Positions 1 through 9,076 are shown, numbered from the stretch's first letter. The stretch is DNA of 33,166 nucleotides from Microcystaceae cyanobacterium (GCA_041746575.1 JBGTGT010000124.1:1-33166); one strand, 5' to 3'. The notes: generated by a model from the sequence alone, not told the origin. Translations and numbers: made by a program.

Positions 1-140
1 GTTCAAATCCTTTGTAGAAATCATCTACATCACAAAAAACTTGAGTAAGATCGAGACGAGATTTCAGACCTTGAAGAATACTATTTCCAGCGTAGGTCTG
101 GTGTTCTCTGTTGACCACAAAATTTTCGTCGAACTCACGT
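1..140 (-). mobile_element. IS982-family-like insertion sequence, left end (element runs off the window start)
   Basis: Terminal repeat ACGTGAGTTCGAC on the minus strand at 128-140, followed inward by a frame reading ..SRLDLTQVFCDVDDFYKGFE, which resembles IS982 transposase N-termini. The same terminal repeat bounds the MITE at 4799-4961. Confidence 0.75.
2..118 (-). pseudogene. IS982-like transposase, N-terminal fragment (truncated by window edge; no ATG, only a GTG at 118)
   Basis: Manual minus-strand translation from 118: VVNREHQTYAGNSILQGLKSRLDLTQVFCDVDDFYKGFE; FCDVDDF motif. Confidence 0.55.
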
Positions 141-177
141 AACTTTAAAACGCAAAGTCAAACGCCCTCATTCTAGA

Positions 178-528
178 TCAACTTTCAGATTCATTGTCTA
201 AAATTTCCTGTAATTGTGAACGCAAAGAACTCAAGTTGTTTTCAATAGTTCGCCAAGCAATTGATAATTCTACTTGAAAATATTCATGAAAAATAACATT
301 TCTTATATCTCCCATTAAACGCCAAGGAATTTGAGGATAACGTGATTGTATTTCATAGGGAATGTTTTTTGCCGCTTCACCAATAATTCCCAAATCATAA
401 AGAACAGCTTTGACAATTGTTCGATTTTCTCTAAAATCTTCAAAAATCATATTCTCTGTGCGCTGTAAAATTTCGTCAATTGATTCAATAATATCTTGGA
501 TTCGTAGTTTCCAGTCTCTAGAAGGCAT
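178..528 (-). CDS. hepT: HepT-like HEPN/DUF86 ribonuclease toxin
   Basis: 116 aa with RNVIFHEY matching the RX4HXY HEPN motif; start overlaps the upstream MNT gene by 11 nt. Confidence 0.88.
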   Translation of the reverse strand: MPSRDWKLRIQDIIESIDEILQRTENMIFEDFRENRTIVKAVLYDLGIIGEAAKNIPYEIQSRYPQIPWRLMGDIRNVIFHEYFQVELSIAWRTIENNLSSLRSQLQEILDNESES

Positions 529-808
529 GAATTACATCCTTTAATACAGGTTCTCGTAAATGTTCTTTTAAGGAATCTTGAGTTCCCAAATCGACAGAAC
601 ATCCTATAATATCCTCTAAATAAAGCTTGATTTCTATAAATTCAAATAACCCTACGGCTCGATTAAATTCTACTAATAAATCTACATCACTATCAAGACA
701 AGCTTCATCTCTTGCCACCGAACCAAATAGGGATAAAGATTTTACGCCTAATGCTTCTAATTCTTTTCGGTGGGTTGCTATAATGTTTAATACTTCATCT
801 CGTCTCAT
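518..808 (-). CDS. mntA: MntA-like minimal nucleotidyltransferase antitoxin
   Basis: 96 aa with FGSVARDEACLDSDVD matching the GSX10DXD MNT motif; directly upstream of the HEPN gene. Confidence 0.88.
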   Translation of the reverse strand: MRRDEVLNIIATHRKELEALGVKSLSLFGSVARDEACLDSDVDLLVEFNRAVGLFEFIEIKLYLEDIIGCSVDLGTQDSLKEHLREPVLKDVIHAF

Positions 809-1032
809 ATTTGTTTTTAAAAAAGTATAGCCTATATTTAAGACTCAATCAGAAGATCGTTGTCTGTATTTTAATACATAAAAAAGGTGCGTGGGAGACG
901 AACCCTACCGATTAAACCTCTTACGCCGTATCATCTATCGTGAGCAAAGCGATTATAGAGGGAATAAGCACGCATAATTTCGTAAATTGTAATATTTCGG
1001 TTCTTCCATTATTGAATATTTATGTTAGATCA

Positions 1033-1058
1033 GGTACATTCCACTTTGTTAATGTACC
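1033..1058. terminator. Stem-loop downstream of the radical SAM gene, possible terminator
   Basis: GGTACATT-N10-AATGTACC 8-bp inverted repeat ~65 nt past the stop; no clear U-tract. Confidence 0.3.
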
Positions 1059-1121
1059 CGATACAATCAGCGATCGCTATCAAGTGAGATAAGTATGTAA
1101 TATATTAATAAAAGGGGAGAA

Positions 1122-2729
1122 TTAGGATTTAACAACTTGATTCATTTTCTCAGTGACACAATTAGATAAAATCTCCTTTTGACCCACTACAACCAGTTGT
1201 TTTTCTCGTTCTTTAAACGCTTTTAACTGCTCTTCAATTTCCTGACGGACAATTTGACGATACTCCAGAAAATGTTCATTATGGGCGCAAACCGTTAAAT
1301 AATGCTCCCAAACAGGAAAATTATGCTTCATAACACTAAATAAATGATGCCAAAACTTCCAGCGCGTATCTCGTTTAACACCCTGTCGCCAAATGATAAT
1401 AAGTAATGCTCGTAAATCCGTCCATTCTGGCCATTTAAAAGCAGGTTTTGCAGTCGGTGCGCCTAACTTCAGAAAACAGCGATAGGTGCGATCTAAAAAA
1501 GTATGAGGGTCGTATAATGTCCAAAAGGCCTCAATATATTCTTGGGCAATTTCATCAATCGGACGAGTTGGCACAAAATTCATTAATGTGCTTTGATTAA
1601 TATCTTGTTTTCCCTCAGTTCTCAATCTGCCTTCTTTTTCCAAACGATACCATAATGCCGTATTCGGTAATGCTTGTAACATCCCAAACATAGCCGTCGG
1701 AATAGCCGCCGATTCCACAAATTGAATAATCCGACTGGCTGCGCCTCGCTTTTCCCCATCAAAACCGATAATAAAACCGGCCATTGGTCTTATACCAGCT
1801 TTAATTAGAGCATCAATCGTTTCTATTAGAGAATTACGTGTATTCTGAAATTTTTTCGTCAATTTTAGACTTTCTTCATCAGGGGTTTCTACCCCTAGAA
1901 AGACGGCATCAAAGTAACAATCTACCATTAACGCCATCAATTCTGAGTCTTGTGCTAGGTCGACAGATGCTTCTGTATTAAAACGGAAAGGATATTGATG
2001 TTCCTCTTGCCAAACCTTTAATTCTTTCAAGAAAAGCTTAACATTACGTTTATTCCCAATAAAATTATCATCTACCATAAAAATGCCCCGTCGCCATCCC
2101 AACGCATACAGATAATCCAATTCCTTCAGCAATTGTTCGGGACTTTTCGTGCGGGGTTTACGACCATAAAGAACGATGATATCGCAGAATTCACATTGAA
2201 AAGGACAACCACGAGAAAATTGAACTGACATCGAATCGTAGGCATCTAATTCTAATAAATCATAGCGAGGAATCGGTGTCACCGTTACATCCGGTTTTTC
2301 TGTCGTCCGAAATACCCCTTGTCTTTCTCCCCTTTCTATCGCTTCCACCAATAAAGGAAGGGTAATTTCTCCCTCATCCAAGACTAAAAAGTCCGCTTCC
2401 TGCACATCTGAAGGAACAGAAGTCGCATAAGGTCCACCCACAGCGACTAACTTACCCCTTTGCTTTGCTTCGCTAATTTGTCCTAATAAGTCGGCTTTCT
2501 GTACAATCATCGCCGAAAAAATCACTAATTCAGCCCAATCCCATTCTACTTCTGTTACAGGTCGAATGTTACGGTCAACCAGCTTAAATTCCCATTCTTG
2601 CGGTAAAATTCCAGCAACAGTAATTAATCCTAACGGCGGCAGTAAAACTTTACGATTAACTAGTTCTAAACTTTTATCATAAGACCAAAAGGTTGGCGGA
2701 AAAATAGGATAAACTAACAATGCTCGCAC
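1122..2729 (-). CDS. B12-binding radical SAM protein with DUF4070-type C-terminus
   Basis: PPLGLITVA and GGPYAT cobalamin-binding region, CPFQCEFC radical SAM motif; GTG start with GGAGGT SD 5 nt upstream. Confidence 0.88.
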   Translation of the reverse strand: MRALLVYPIFPPTFWSYDKSLELVNRKVLLPPLGLITVAGILPQEWEFKLVDRNIRPVTEVEWDWAELVIFSAMIVQKADLLGQISEAKQRGKLVAVGGPYATSVPSDVQEADFLVLDEGEITLPLLVEAIERGERQGVFRTTEKPDVTVTPIPRYDLLELDAYDSMSVQFSRGCPFQCEFCDIIVLYGRKPRTKSPEQLLKELDYLYALGWRRGIFMVDDNFIGNKRNVKLFLKELKVWQEEHQYPFRFNTEASVDLAQDSELMALMVDCYFDAVFLGVETPDEESLKLTKKFQNTRNSLIETIDALIKAGIRPMAGFIIGFDGEKRGAASRIIQFVESAAIPTAMFGMLQALPNTALWYRLEKEGRLRTEGKQDINQSTLMNFVPTRPIDEIAQEYIEAFWTLYDPHTFLDRTYRCFLKLGAPTAKPAFKWPEWTDLRALLIIIWRQGVKRDTRWKFWHHLFSVMKHNFPVWEHYLTVCAHNEHFLEYRQIVRQEIEEQLKAFKEREKQLVVVGQKEILSNCVTEKMNQVVKS

Positions 2730-2762
2730 GCCGCACCTCCCACAACAATGAATAGTCGTTCA

Positions 2763-2771
2763 ATTGTAACA
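2763..2771 (-). promoter_or_regulatory. Putative extended -10 promoter (TGtTACAAT) of the radical SAM gene
   Basis: Minus-strand TG-N-TACAAT about 35 nt upstream of the GTG. Confidence 0.4.
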
Positions 2772-2917
2772 GGTTTTGCAGAAAATCATTAGGCATCATC
2801 TGTATCTATTCCTATTTTCTGAAATCTTATTTTTGAAGGTTGAGAAATTCTGGCAAACGCCTATCATTAGAAGAAGTAGATTGACCTACCTTATTCTCTA
2901 GTCTGAAAAAGTTCTGA

Positions 2918-4471
2918 ATGTTTAATAAAAGACGTAGTGGCATCTTACTCCATCCCACTTCCTTACCCAGCCGTTTTGGTATTGGGGATTTAGGAACAGA
3001 AGCTTATCGTTTTGTAGATTTTTTGGCAGAAAGTTACCAGACGGTTTGGCAAATCTTACCCATTGGACCGACAGGTTACGGTCACTCTCCCTATCTTTGT
3101 TATTCTTCTTTGGCAGGAAATCCCCTGCTGATCAGTCTTGAGGCTCTGGTTGAGGAAGATTTGTTGACCACAGACGAGTTAAACAATATACCCGAATTTT
3201 CGGTCTATTGGGTAGATTTCGAGCAAGTTATTGCAACAAAAAGGACATTTTTAAAAAAAGCCTTTGTGGCTTTCCAAAATCAACCTAGCCATCCCCTCCA
3301 ATCAGAATTTCAACGTTTCTGTGAAAGTCATTCATTCTGGTTAGATGATTATGCCTTGTTCATGTCCTTAAAAGCAGTCCATGAAGGTAAATCTTGGTAT
3401 CAATGGGAAACACCTCTCGCCCAACGAAATGCTGATACCTTAAGACAATGGACAGAAAAATTAAGCAATTTGATTCTCTATCACAAATTTTTAGAATTTA
3501 TCTTCTTCCGTCAGTGGAAAGCATTAAAAGACTACGCTAATGAGCAAGGAGTTTTCATTTTTGGGGATATTCCCATCTATGTCGCCCATGATAGCGTGGA
3601 CGTGTGGGCAAATCCAGAAATATTTCACTTAGACGAAGAAACCGGAGAAGCGGCGTTAATGTCCGGCGTTCCACCCGATTATTTCAGTGCAACTGGGCAA
3701 CTATGGGGAAACCCAGTGTACAAATGGGAAGAACTGGAAAAAACGAACTTTGCTTGGTGGATACAACGGGTTGAAGGTATCCTTGAATATGTGGATTTAA
3801 TTAGAATAGACCATTTTCGGGGATTTGAATCCTTTTGGGCAGTCCCTCAAGGAGAAAGCACCGCCCTTCATGGAGAATGGTTACCGGCACCCGGAGATGC
3901 TTTCTTTACGATTCTTCAGCAAAAACTGGGGGATTTACCGATTGTCGCTGAAGATTTAGGCGTAATTACCCCAGAAGTCGAAGCATTACGGGATAAATTC
4001 CATTTTCCCGGCATGAAAATTCTCCAATTTGCCTTTGATTCTGACCGAACCAATGCTTTTCTACCCTACAATTTTGTTGAACGTAACTGCGTGGTCTATA
4101 CAGGAACTCACGATAATGATACCACCGTCGGTTGGATGAATCTGCGATCGCCAATAGAACAACAACGAGTCATAGATTATTTCGGTTGCGTCTGTGACGG
4201 AGGAATTCACTGGAATTTGATTCGTTTAGCCTTAAGTTCGGTGGCGAATTGTGCCATCTTCCCCCTACAAGATATTTTGGGCTATGGCAGTGATTGTCGC
4301 ATGAATCGTCCCGGTGTCGCAGAAGGCAATTGGGGATGGCGATATATTCCCGATGTTTTAACCGATGATTTGAAAAATCATCTTAAATTCTTAACCGAAA
4401 TGTATGGCCGTCGAGTTCATTCCGAGTTACCCTCTCAACAGCTAACAGAGGAGGAAGCAAAAGATGCTTAG
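2918..4471 (+). CDS. malQ: 4-alpha-glucanotransferase (amylomaltase, GH77)
   Basis: RRSGILLHPTSLP N-terminus; RIDHFRGF, AEDLG and YTGTHDNDT motifs. Confidence 0.96.
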   Translation: MFNKRRSGILLHPTSLPSRFGIGDLGTEAYRFVDFLAESYQTVWQILPIGPTGYGHSPYLCYSSLAGNPLLISLEALVEEDLLTTDELNNIPEFSVYWVDFEQVIATKRTFLKKAFVAFQNQPSHPLQSEFQRFCESHSFWLDDYALFMSLKAVHEGKSWYQWETPLAQRNADTLRQWTEKLSNLILYHKFLEFIFFRQWKALKDYANEQGVFIFGDIPIYVAHDSVDVWANPEIFHLDEETGEAALMSGVPPDYFSATGQLWGNPVYKWEELEKTNFAWWIQRVEGILEYVDLIRIDHFRGFESFWAVPQGESTALHGEWLPAPGDAFFTILQQKLGDLPIVAEDLGVITPEVEALRDKFHFPGMKILQFAFDSDRTNAFLPYNFVERNCVVYTGTHDNDTTVGWMNLRSPIEQQRVIDYFGCVCDGGIHWNLIRLALSSVANCAIFPLQDILGYGSDCRMNRPGVAEGNWGWRYIPDVLTDDLKNHLKFLTEMYGRRVHSELPSQQLTEEEAKDA

Positions 4472-4489
4472 ACAAAGCCTTATAGAGGA

Positions 4490-4528
4490 AGATAGAGATA
4501 GCTTAAACCTAAATGACTATCTCTATCT
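4490..4528 (+). terminator. Hairpin after malQ, likely terminator or 3' stabiliser
   Basis: Perfect 12-bp inverted repeat AGATAGAGATAG (4490-4501) / CTATCTCTATCT (4517-4528), ~20 nt past the stop. Confidence 0.5.
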
Positions 4529-4798
4529 CTATTTATCCTACTTTTATTAAAGTTGATAATTAGCTGAATATTGGTATTGAGTTTATTAGGGATTATTATT
4601 AAGGCGAATGGTGATTATTTTCCAGTAAATACGCTTCTGTTTGTCGTTTAAAGTTGTCCTCCCCTAAAATTAATTGATCAACTCAATTTTAAAAATTTTA
4701 GAAGAAGTCGTTGAGTATAAAATGAATTGCTTTAGACTCTAAAACTGCTTGAATGGCGCAATCCATAACACAATACCAAGTTTAAATTTTCTTTAAAA

Positions 4799-4961
4799 AC
4801 GTGAGTTCGACAATCCGAAAATCTACGAGACTTCTTTATTGAATTTTTTTGTGCAGGGGTTTTGGGGGGCTAGTCCCCCAATCAAGAATTTGTTTTTCTT
4901 TTCCTAATCCCAATTAGAATGGACAAAAAAGTTGAGATAATTGCCCTCGTCGAACTCACGT
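4799..4961. mobile_element. 163-bp MITE with IS982-like terminal inverted repeats
   Basis: ACGTGAGTTCGAC (4799-4811) and GTCGAACTCACGT (4949-4961); 4947-4961 is identical to the IS end at 126-140; no ORF; internal GC hairpin at 4862-4881. Confidence 0.82.
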
Positions 4962-5026
4962 TTAACAGAGTCAAGGAAGTAAAATTAACTGAACGGTTGT
5001 GCTTTTTGTCAGGCTTTTAATAAAAG

Positions 5027-5318
5027 TTAACGACGATCTTTCTCTAAATCATTAATAACCTTTTCCAAACACCAAATTCTATCTTTATCTGGATATTTTT
5101 TTTGAATACACTTAAACAAATCGACCTGCTGCTTTTTGATCTCCACTAAGTAGTACCAGAATTTTATTCTCTAAGGGAGTGCCACTTGCTCTTTTAACAA
5201 CAGATCTAGATTGTCTTGAAGATGATGGTTTCAAAAAACGTTTTCTGCGGTGATCTTGCTCAGATAACGCTTTAAAAAATAGCAATCGTGTTTTATAAAT
5301 ATTCCCTAGGAAACTCAT
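5027..5318 (-). pseudogene. Frameshifted small cyanobacterial protein with a C-terminal LL.GD..AA.RL...YP....W..EK.I.DLE.DRR motif
   Basis: The 68-aa ORF ends LENKILVLLSGDQKAAGRFV*. Removing one base at about 5118-5120 continues it as RLFKCIQKKYPDKDRIWCLEKVINDLEKDRR* to a stop at 5027-5029, giving 96 aa. Confidence 0.65.
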
Positions 5319-5425
5319 AACTACCCATAGATGCTCAAAAAAAAGTCAGGATGTAGCATTCCCCTCGATTTATCCAAAATCGACCTCGCTGTATGATAAA
5401 AATCTCAAAAAAATAAAATTTTGCC

Positions 5426-5455
5426 TTGCCTAAATCTTCCCCTATCCCCTATAAT
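5426..5455 (+). promoter_or_regulatory. Sigma70-type promoter of the ribosomal protein supercluster
   Basis: TTGCCT (5426-5431), 18-nt spacer, TATAAT (5450-5455); predicted TSS about 5462. Confidence 0.6.
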
Positions 5456-5461
5456 GGATGA

Positions 5462-5759
5462 TTGTGACTTAAAAACTCATTAGACTGAATTGACCTAGAA
5501 ATAAGTCAGTATCAGCCCTTGAGCCGTCACAAAACCAAGGCAATGCGCCGCTTCAAGATACTGAGGGAAATTAAATTCCTTAAGTCTGGGGAGCAAGAAG
5601 GCAAAACATAGCTTATTTTACAGCTATCCTTCATCTTTCTACTGCCCTTGTGTCGCAAACAAGGCAATAACCCTCAAAACAGATATCTTATCTGTCAAGA
5701 TGCGTTGGGATAGAGCAGTGGAACCTTAAACCATCACTTAACCATTAAGGAAGGTAACC
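5462..5759 (+). promoter_or_regulatory. Long structured 5' leader of rplC (candidate r-protein leader RNA)
   Basis: About 300 nt between the predicted TSS and the GTG, with hairpins at 5462-5532, 5564-5581, 5597-5632, 5643-5666 and 5679-5695. Confidence 0.5.
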
Positions 5760-6398
5760 GTGTCCATAGGCATCCTTGGTACGAAGCTTGGCATGACACA
5801 AATTTTTGATCGGGAACAGGGAACTGTTATCCCCATCACCGTAGTCCAAGCCGGCCCCTGTACCATTACTCAAGTAAAAACCAGCGAAACCGACGGCTAT
5901 AGTGCCATTCAAGTCGGTTTTAACGAGGTCAAAGAAAAAGCCCTTAGTAAACCCGAATTAGGGCATCTCAAAAAAGCCAACGCAACCCCCTTGCGCCATC
6001 TCAAAGAATATCGCCTAGCGGATATCCCCGCTTACCAACTCGGAGACAGTCTCACCGCAACCATCTTCAATGCAGGAGATTTGGTAGACGTTGCGGGCAA
6101 GACCATTGGTCGAGGCTTTGCTGGATATCAAAAACGCCACAACTTCAAACGGGGTTCAATGACCCACGGTTCTAAAAACCACCGCCTTCCCGGTTCAACA
6201 GGAGCAGGAACTACTCCCGGACGAGTTTATCCTGGTAAACGGATGGCAGGACGTTACGGCGGTAAACAAATCACCGTGCGGAAACTACAAATCGTACAGG
6301 TCGATGCCGAACGCAACCTCTTACTCATCAAAGGGTCAGTTCCAGGCAAACCCGGTGCCCTCTTGAGTATTACCCCTGCCAAGACAGTAGGGAAATAA
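5760..6398 (+). CDS. rplC: 50S ribosomal protein L3
   Basis: [39 protein letters not shown] start after AAGGAAGG. Confidence 0.98.
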   Translation: MSIGILGTKLGMTQIFDREQGTVIPITVVQAGPCTITQVKTSETDGYSAIQVGFNEVKEKALSKPELGHLKKANATPLRHLKEYRLADIPAYQLGDSLTATIFNAGDLVDVAGKTIGRGFAGYQKRHNFKRGSMTHGSKNHRLPGSTGAGTTPGRVYPGKRMAGRYGGKQITVRKLQIVQVDAERNLLLIKGSVPGKPGALLSITPAKTVGK

Positions 6399-6440
6399 CA
6401 TCAACACTCGATCACGAATTAAAGAAGTAGGGACGACAAA

Positions 6441-7079
6441 ATGGTTAGCTGTACCGTAAAAAATTGGCAAGGGGAAAATGCTGGAGAAGCTACTCTAGAA
6501 TTAAAGGTCGCAAAAGAAGAAACAGCGACTCACATCCTCCACCGTGCCGTCATTCGACAATTAAATAATGCCCGTCAAGGGACCGCTTCCGCCAAAACGC
6601 GGGCAGAAGTCCGAGGTGGGGGTCGTAAACCTTGGCGACAAAAAGGGACAGGGCGCGCTCGTGCGGGTTCTAACCGTTCTCCCCTATGGCGAGGCGGTGG
6701 GGTTATTTTTGGACCCAAACCCAGAGACTTCAGCGTCAAAATGAATCGCAAAGAACGCCGCTTAGCGTTGCGAACCGCTCTGATGAGTCGGGCAGAAGAC
6801 TTAGTCGTGGTGGAGAACTTTGTCGAACAATTTCCCCAACCGAAAACCAAAGAATTCATCTCCGCGATGAACCGATGGGGGGTCGATCCGACCCGAAAAG
6901 TCTTGTTAGTTTTGCCTGAATTTCCCGAAAATATCTTTTTATCCGTGCGAAATATTGTGAAATTGACATTTTCGAGATCGGACAGCATCAATGTCTACGA
7001 TATTTTAAACGCCGATACCATTATCACCACCGCCGAAGCCTTGGCGCAAATACAGGAGATGTATCATGACGACAAATAA
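6441..7079 (+). CDS. rplD: 50S ribosomal protein L4
   Basis: [26 protein letters not shown] signature. Confidence 0.98.
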   Translation: MVSCTVKNWQGENAGEATLELKVAKEETATHILHRAVIRQLNNARQGTASAKTRAEVRGGGRKPWRQKGTGRARAGSNRSPLWRGGGVIFGPKPRDFSVKMNRKERRLALRTALMSRAEDLVVVENFVEQFPQPKTKEFISAMNRWGVDPTRKVLLVLPEFPENIFLSVRNIVKLTFSRSDSINVYDILNADTIITTAEALAQIQEMYHDDK

Positions 7080-7374
7080 TCCTCGGGATTTAATTGATTT
7101 AGTCCTTAAACCGATTATTACGGAAAAAGCAACTTTTCAAATGGAAGACAATAAATACGTCTTTGACGTTGCCCTAAAATCCACTAAACCTGAAATTAAA
7201 GCCGCCATAGAAAACTTATTTGAGGTCACTGTTGTTAAAGTCAATACAATACGACCTGCCCGTAAAAAGAAGAGAGTCGGTCGCTTTATTGGCTATAAAC
7301 CTTTATATAAACGGGCAATTGTCACCCTTAAAGAAGGAGACTCTCTCAGAGAAGTGCTGTTCCCTGAAACTTAG
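7066..7374 (+). CDS. rplW: 50S ribosomal protein L23
   Basis: [25 protein letters not shown]; operon order. Confidence 0.97.
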   Translation: MTTNNPRDLIDLVLKPIITEKATFQMEDNKYVFDVALKSTKPEIKAAIENLFEVTVVKVNTIRPARKKKRVGRFIGYKPLYKRAIVTLKEGDSLREVLFPET

Positions 7375-7416
7375 AAACTAGGTGAATCGGACTCATTGAG
7401 TTTAAAAACGCTGAAT

Positions 7417-7444
7417 AACTGTCAACACTCAACCATCAATCATT
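7417..7444 (+). repeat. Degenerate heptamer array abutting the rplB ATG
   Basis: AACTGTC AACACTC AACCATC AATCATT then ATG. Confidence 0.6.
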
Positions 7445-8275
7445 ATGGGTATTCGTTCCTATAGACCATACACACCAGGAACTCGGCAAGCAACGGTATC
7501 TGATTTTTCAGAAATTACCAAAACTGAGCCAGAAAAGTCCTTAACCACCTATAAACACCACCGAAAAGGACGTAATAACCGTGGCGTCATTACCTCTCGT
7601 CATCGAGGTGGCGGCCATAAACGGCTCTATCGGATTATTGACTTTCGACGCGATAAACGAGATGTTCCTGCTAAAGTAGCAGCTATCGAATACGATCCTA
7701 ATCGTAACGCCCGCATTGCCCTTTTATTTTATGAAGATGGGGAAAAACGTTACATTCTTGCTCCAGCAGGTATATCCGTTGGCGACAGGGTTATGGCCGG
7801 TGATTCTGCCTCCTTTGATACAGGCAATGCCATGCCTCTTAGCCGTGTTCCTTTGGGTACAGAAGTTCATAATATTGAACTTACGGCCGGCAAAGGCGGA
7901 CAAATTGTGCGGGCGGCTGGCACATCCGCTCAAGTGGTCGCTAAAGAAGGCAATTACGTCACCTTAAAACTGCCCTCTAAAGAAGTGCGTATGGTTCGCA
8001 AAGAATGCTACGCCACTTTGGGTAAAGTGGGAAATGCAGAAGACCGTAACATTAAACTGGGTAAAGCAGGACGCACTCGTCATTTAGGGAAACGCCCCCA
8101 TGTTCGAGGAAGCGTCATGAACCCCTGTGATCACCCTCACGGTGGGGGAGAAGGGCGCGCCCCTATTGGTCGCAGTGGACCGGTTTCACCTTGGGGTAAA
8201 CCCGCCTTGGGAGCAAAAACCCGTAACAAGAAAAAAGCAAGTTCTAGGCTTATTATTCGTCGTCGTAATGCATAA
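7445..8275 (+). CDS. rplB: 50S ribosomal protein L2
   Basis: [30 protein letters not shown]. Confidence 0.98.
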   Translation: MGIRSYRPYTPGTRQATVSDFSEITKTEPEKSLTTYKHHRKGRNNRGVITSRHRGGGHKRLYRIIDFRRDKRDVPAKVAAIEYDPNRNARIALLFYEDGEKRYILAPAGISVGDRVMAGDSASFDTGNAMPLSRVPLGTEVHNIELTAGKGGQIVRAAGTSAQVVAKEGNYVTLKLPSKEVRMVRKECYATLGKVGNAEDRNIKLGKAGRTRHLGKRPHVRGSVMNPCDHPHGGGEGRAPIGRSGPVSPWGKPALGAKTRNKKKASSRLIIRRRNA

Positions 8276-8378
8276 AAGGAAAATTCTAATCCTTTATGGC
8301 AAAATATTCCTAAAATAAGACGATTAACTCCAAAATTCTGTTTGTTTGTCCGTTATTAACTCCTAACTATCATCTCCT

Positions 8379-8660
8379 ATGGGTCGCTCACTTAAAAAAG
8401 GTCCTTTTGTCGCCGATAGTCTGCTGACAAAGATCGAAAAACTAAATGCAAAAAACGAAAAGCAAGTGATCAAAACGTGGTCACGTTCCTCCACCATCAT
8501 TCCCGAAATGGTCGGCCATACCATTGCTGTACATAACGGCAAACAGCACGTTCCTATCTATGTTTCCGAGCAAATGGTGGGACATAAATTGGGAGAATTT
8601 GCCCCCACCCGCACCTTTAGAGGTCACGCCAAAAGCGATAAAAAAGCGGGCAGACGATAA
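8379..8660 (+). CDS. rpsS: 30S ribosomal protein S19
   Basis: [22 protein letters not shown]. Confidence 0.98.
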   Translation: MGRSLKKGPFVADSLLTKIEKLNAKNEKQVIKTWSRSSTIIPEMVGHTIAVHNGKQHVPIYVSEQMVGHKLGEFAPTRTFRGHAKSDKKAGRR

Positions 8661-8719
8661 AAACTGTCTAGAACGGTTAACTAAGCTTAAATGTTAGCGA
8701 TTAATCATCAATGAAAACC

Positions 8720-9076
8720 ATGGCATTAGATACATCAGTAGAAACCAAAGCGATCGCCCGCTATGTGCGGATGTCTCCCTCTAAAGTCAGACGGGTTTTG
8801 GATCAGATTCGAGGGCGTTCCTATCGAGAAGCCTTGGTAATGCTCCAATTTATGCCCTACCGTTCCTGTGACCCGATTTTGAAAGTGCTACGTTCTGCCG
8901 TGGCCAACGCCGAACACAATAACGGCTTAGATCCAGCCACCTTATTCGTCAGTCAAGCCTTTGCCGATATGGGTCCGAGCTTAAGACGCTTTCGGCCTAG
9001 AGCGCAAGGACGCGCTTATCAAATCCGCAAACCCACTTGTCATATCACTGTCGCCGTTGCTCCTCAAAGCGAGTAA
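8720..9076 (+). CDS. rplV: 50S ribosomal protein L22
   Basis: [33 protein letters not shown]; alternative ATG at 8711. Confidence 0.96.
   Translation: MALDTSVETKAIARYVRMSPSKVRRVLDQIRGRSYREALVMLQFMPYRSCDPILKVLRSAVANAEHNNGLDPATLFVSQAFADMGPSLRRFRPRAQGRAYQIRKPTCHITVAVAPQSE

Noticed and set aside
1..12. GTTCAAATCC resembling a tRNA T-loop
   Set aside because: No acceptor stem or CCA follows; the bases are explained by the transposase frame (KGFE) on the minus strand.
1122..2729. Calling the radical SAM gene hpnP or bchE
   Set aside because: Shared architecture only; the sequence does not let me assign either function.
5112..5125. prfB-like programmed +1 frameshift at TTT GTT TAA G
   Set aside because: Lacks the CTT TGA slippery site and a correctly spaced internal SD; a simple indel is more parsimonious.
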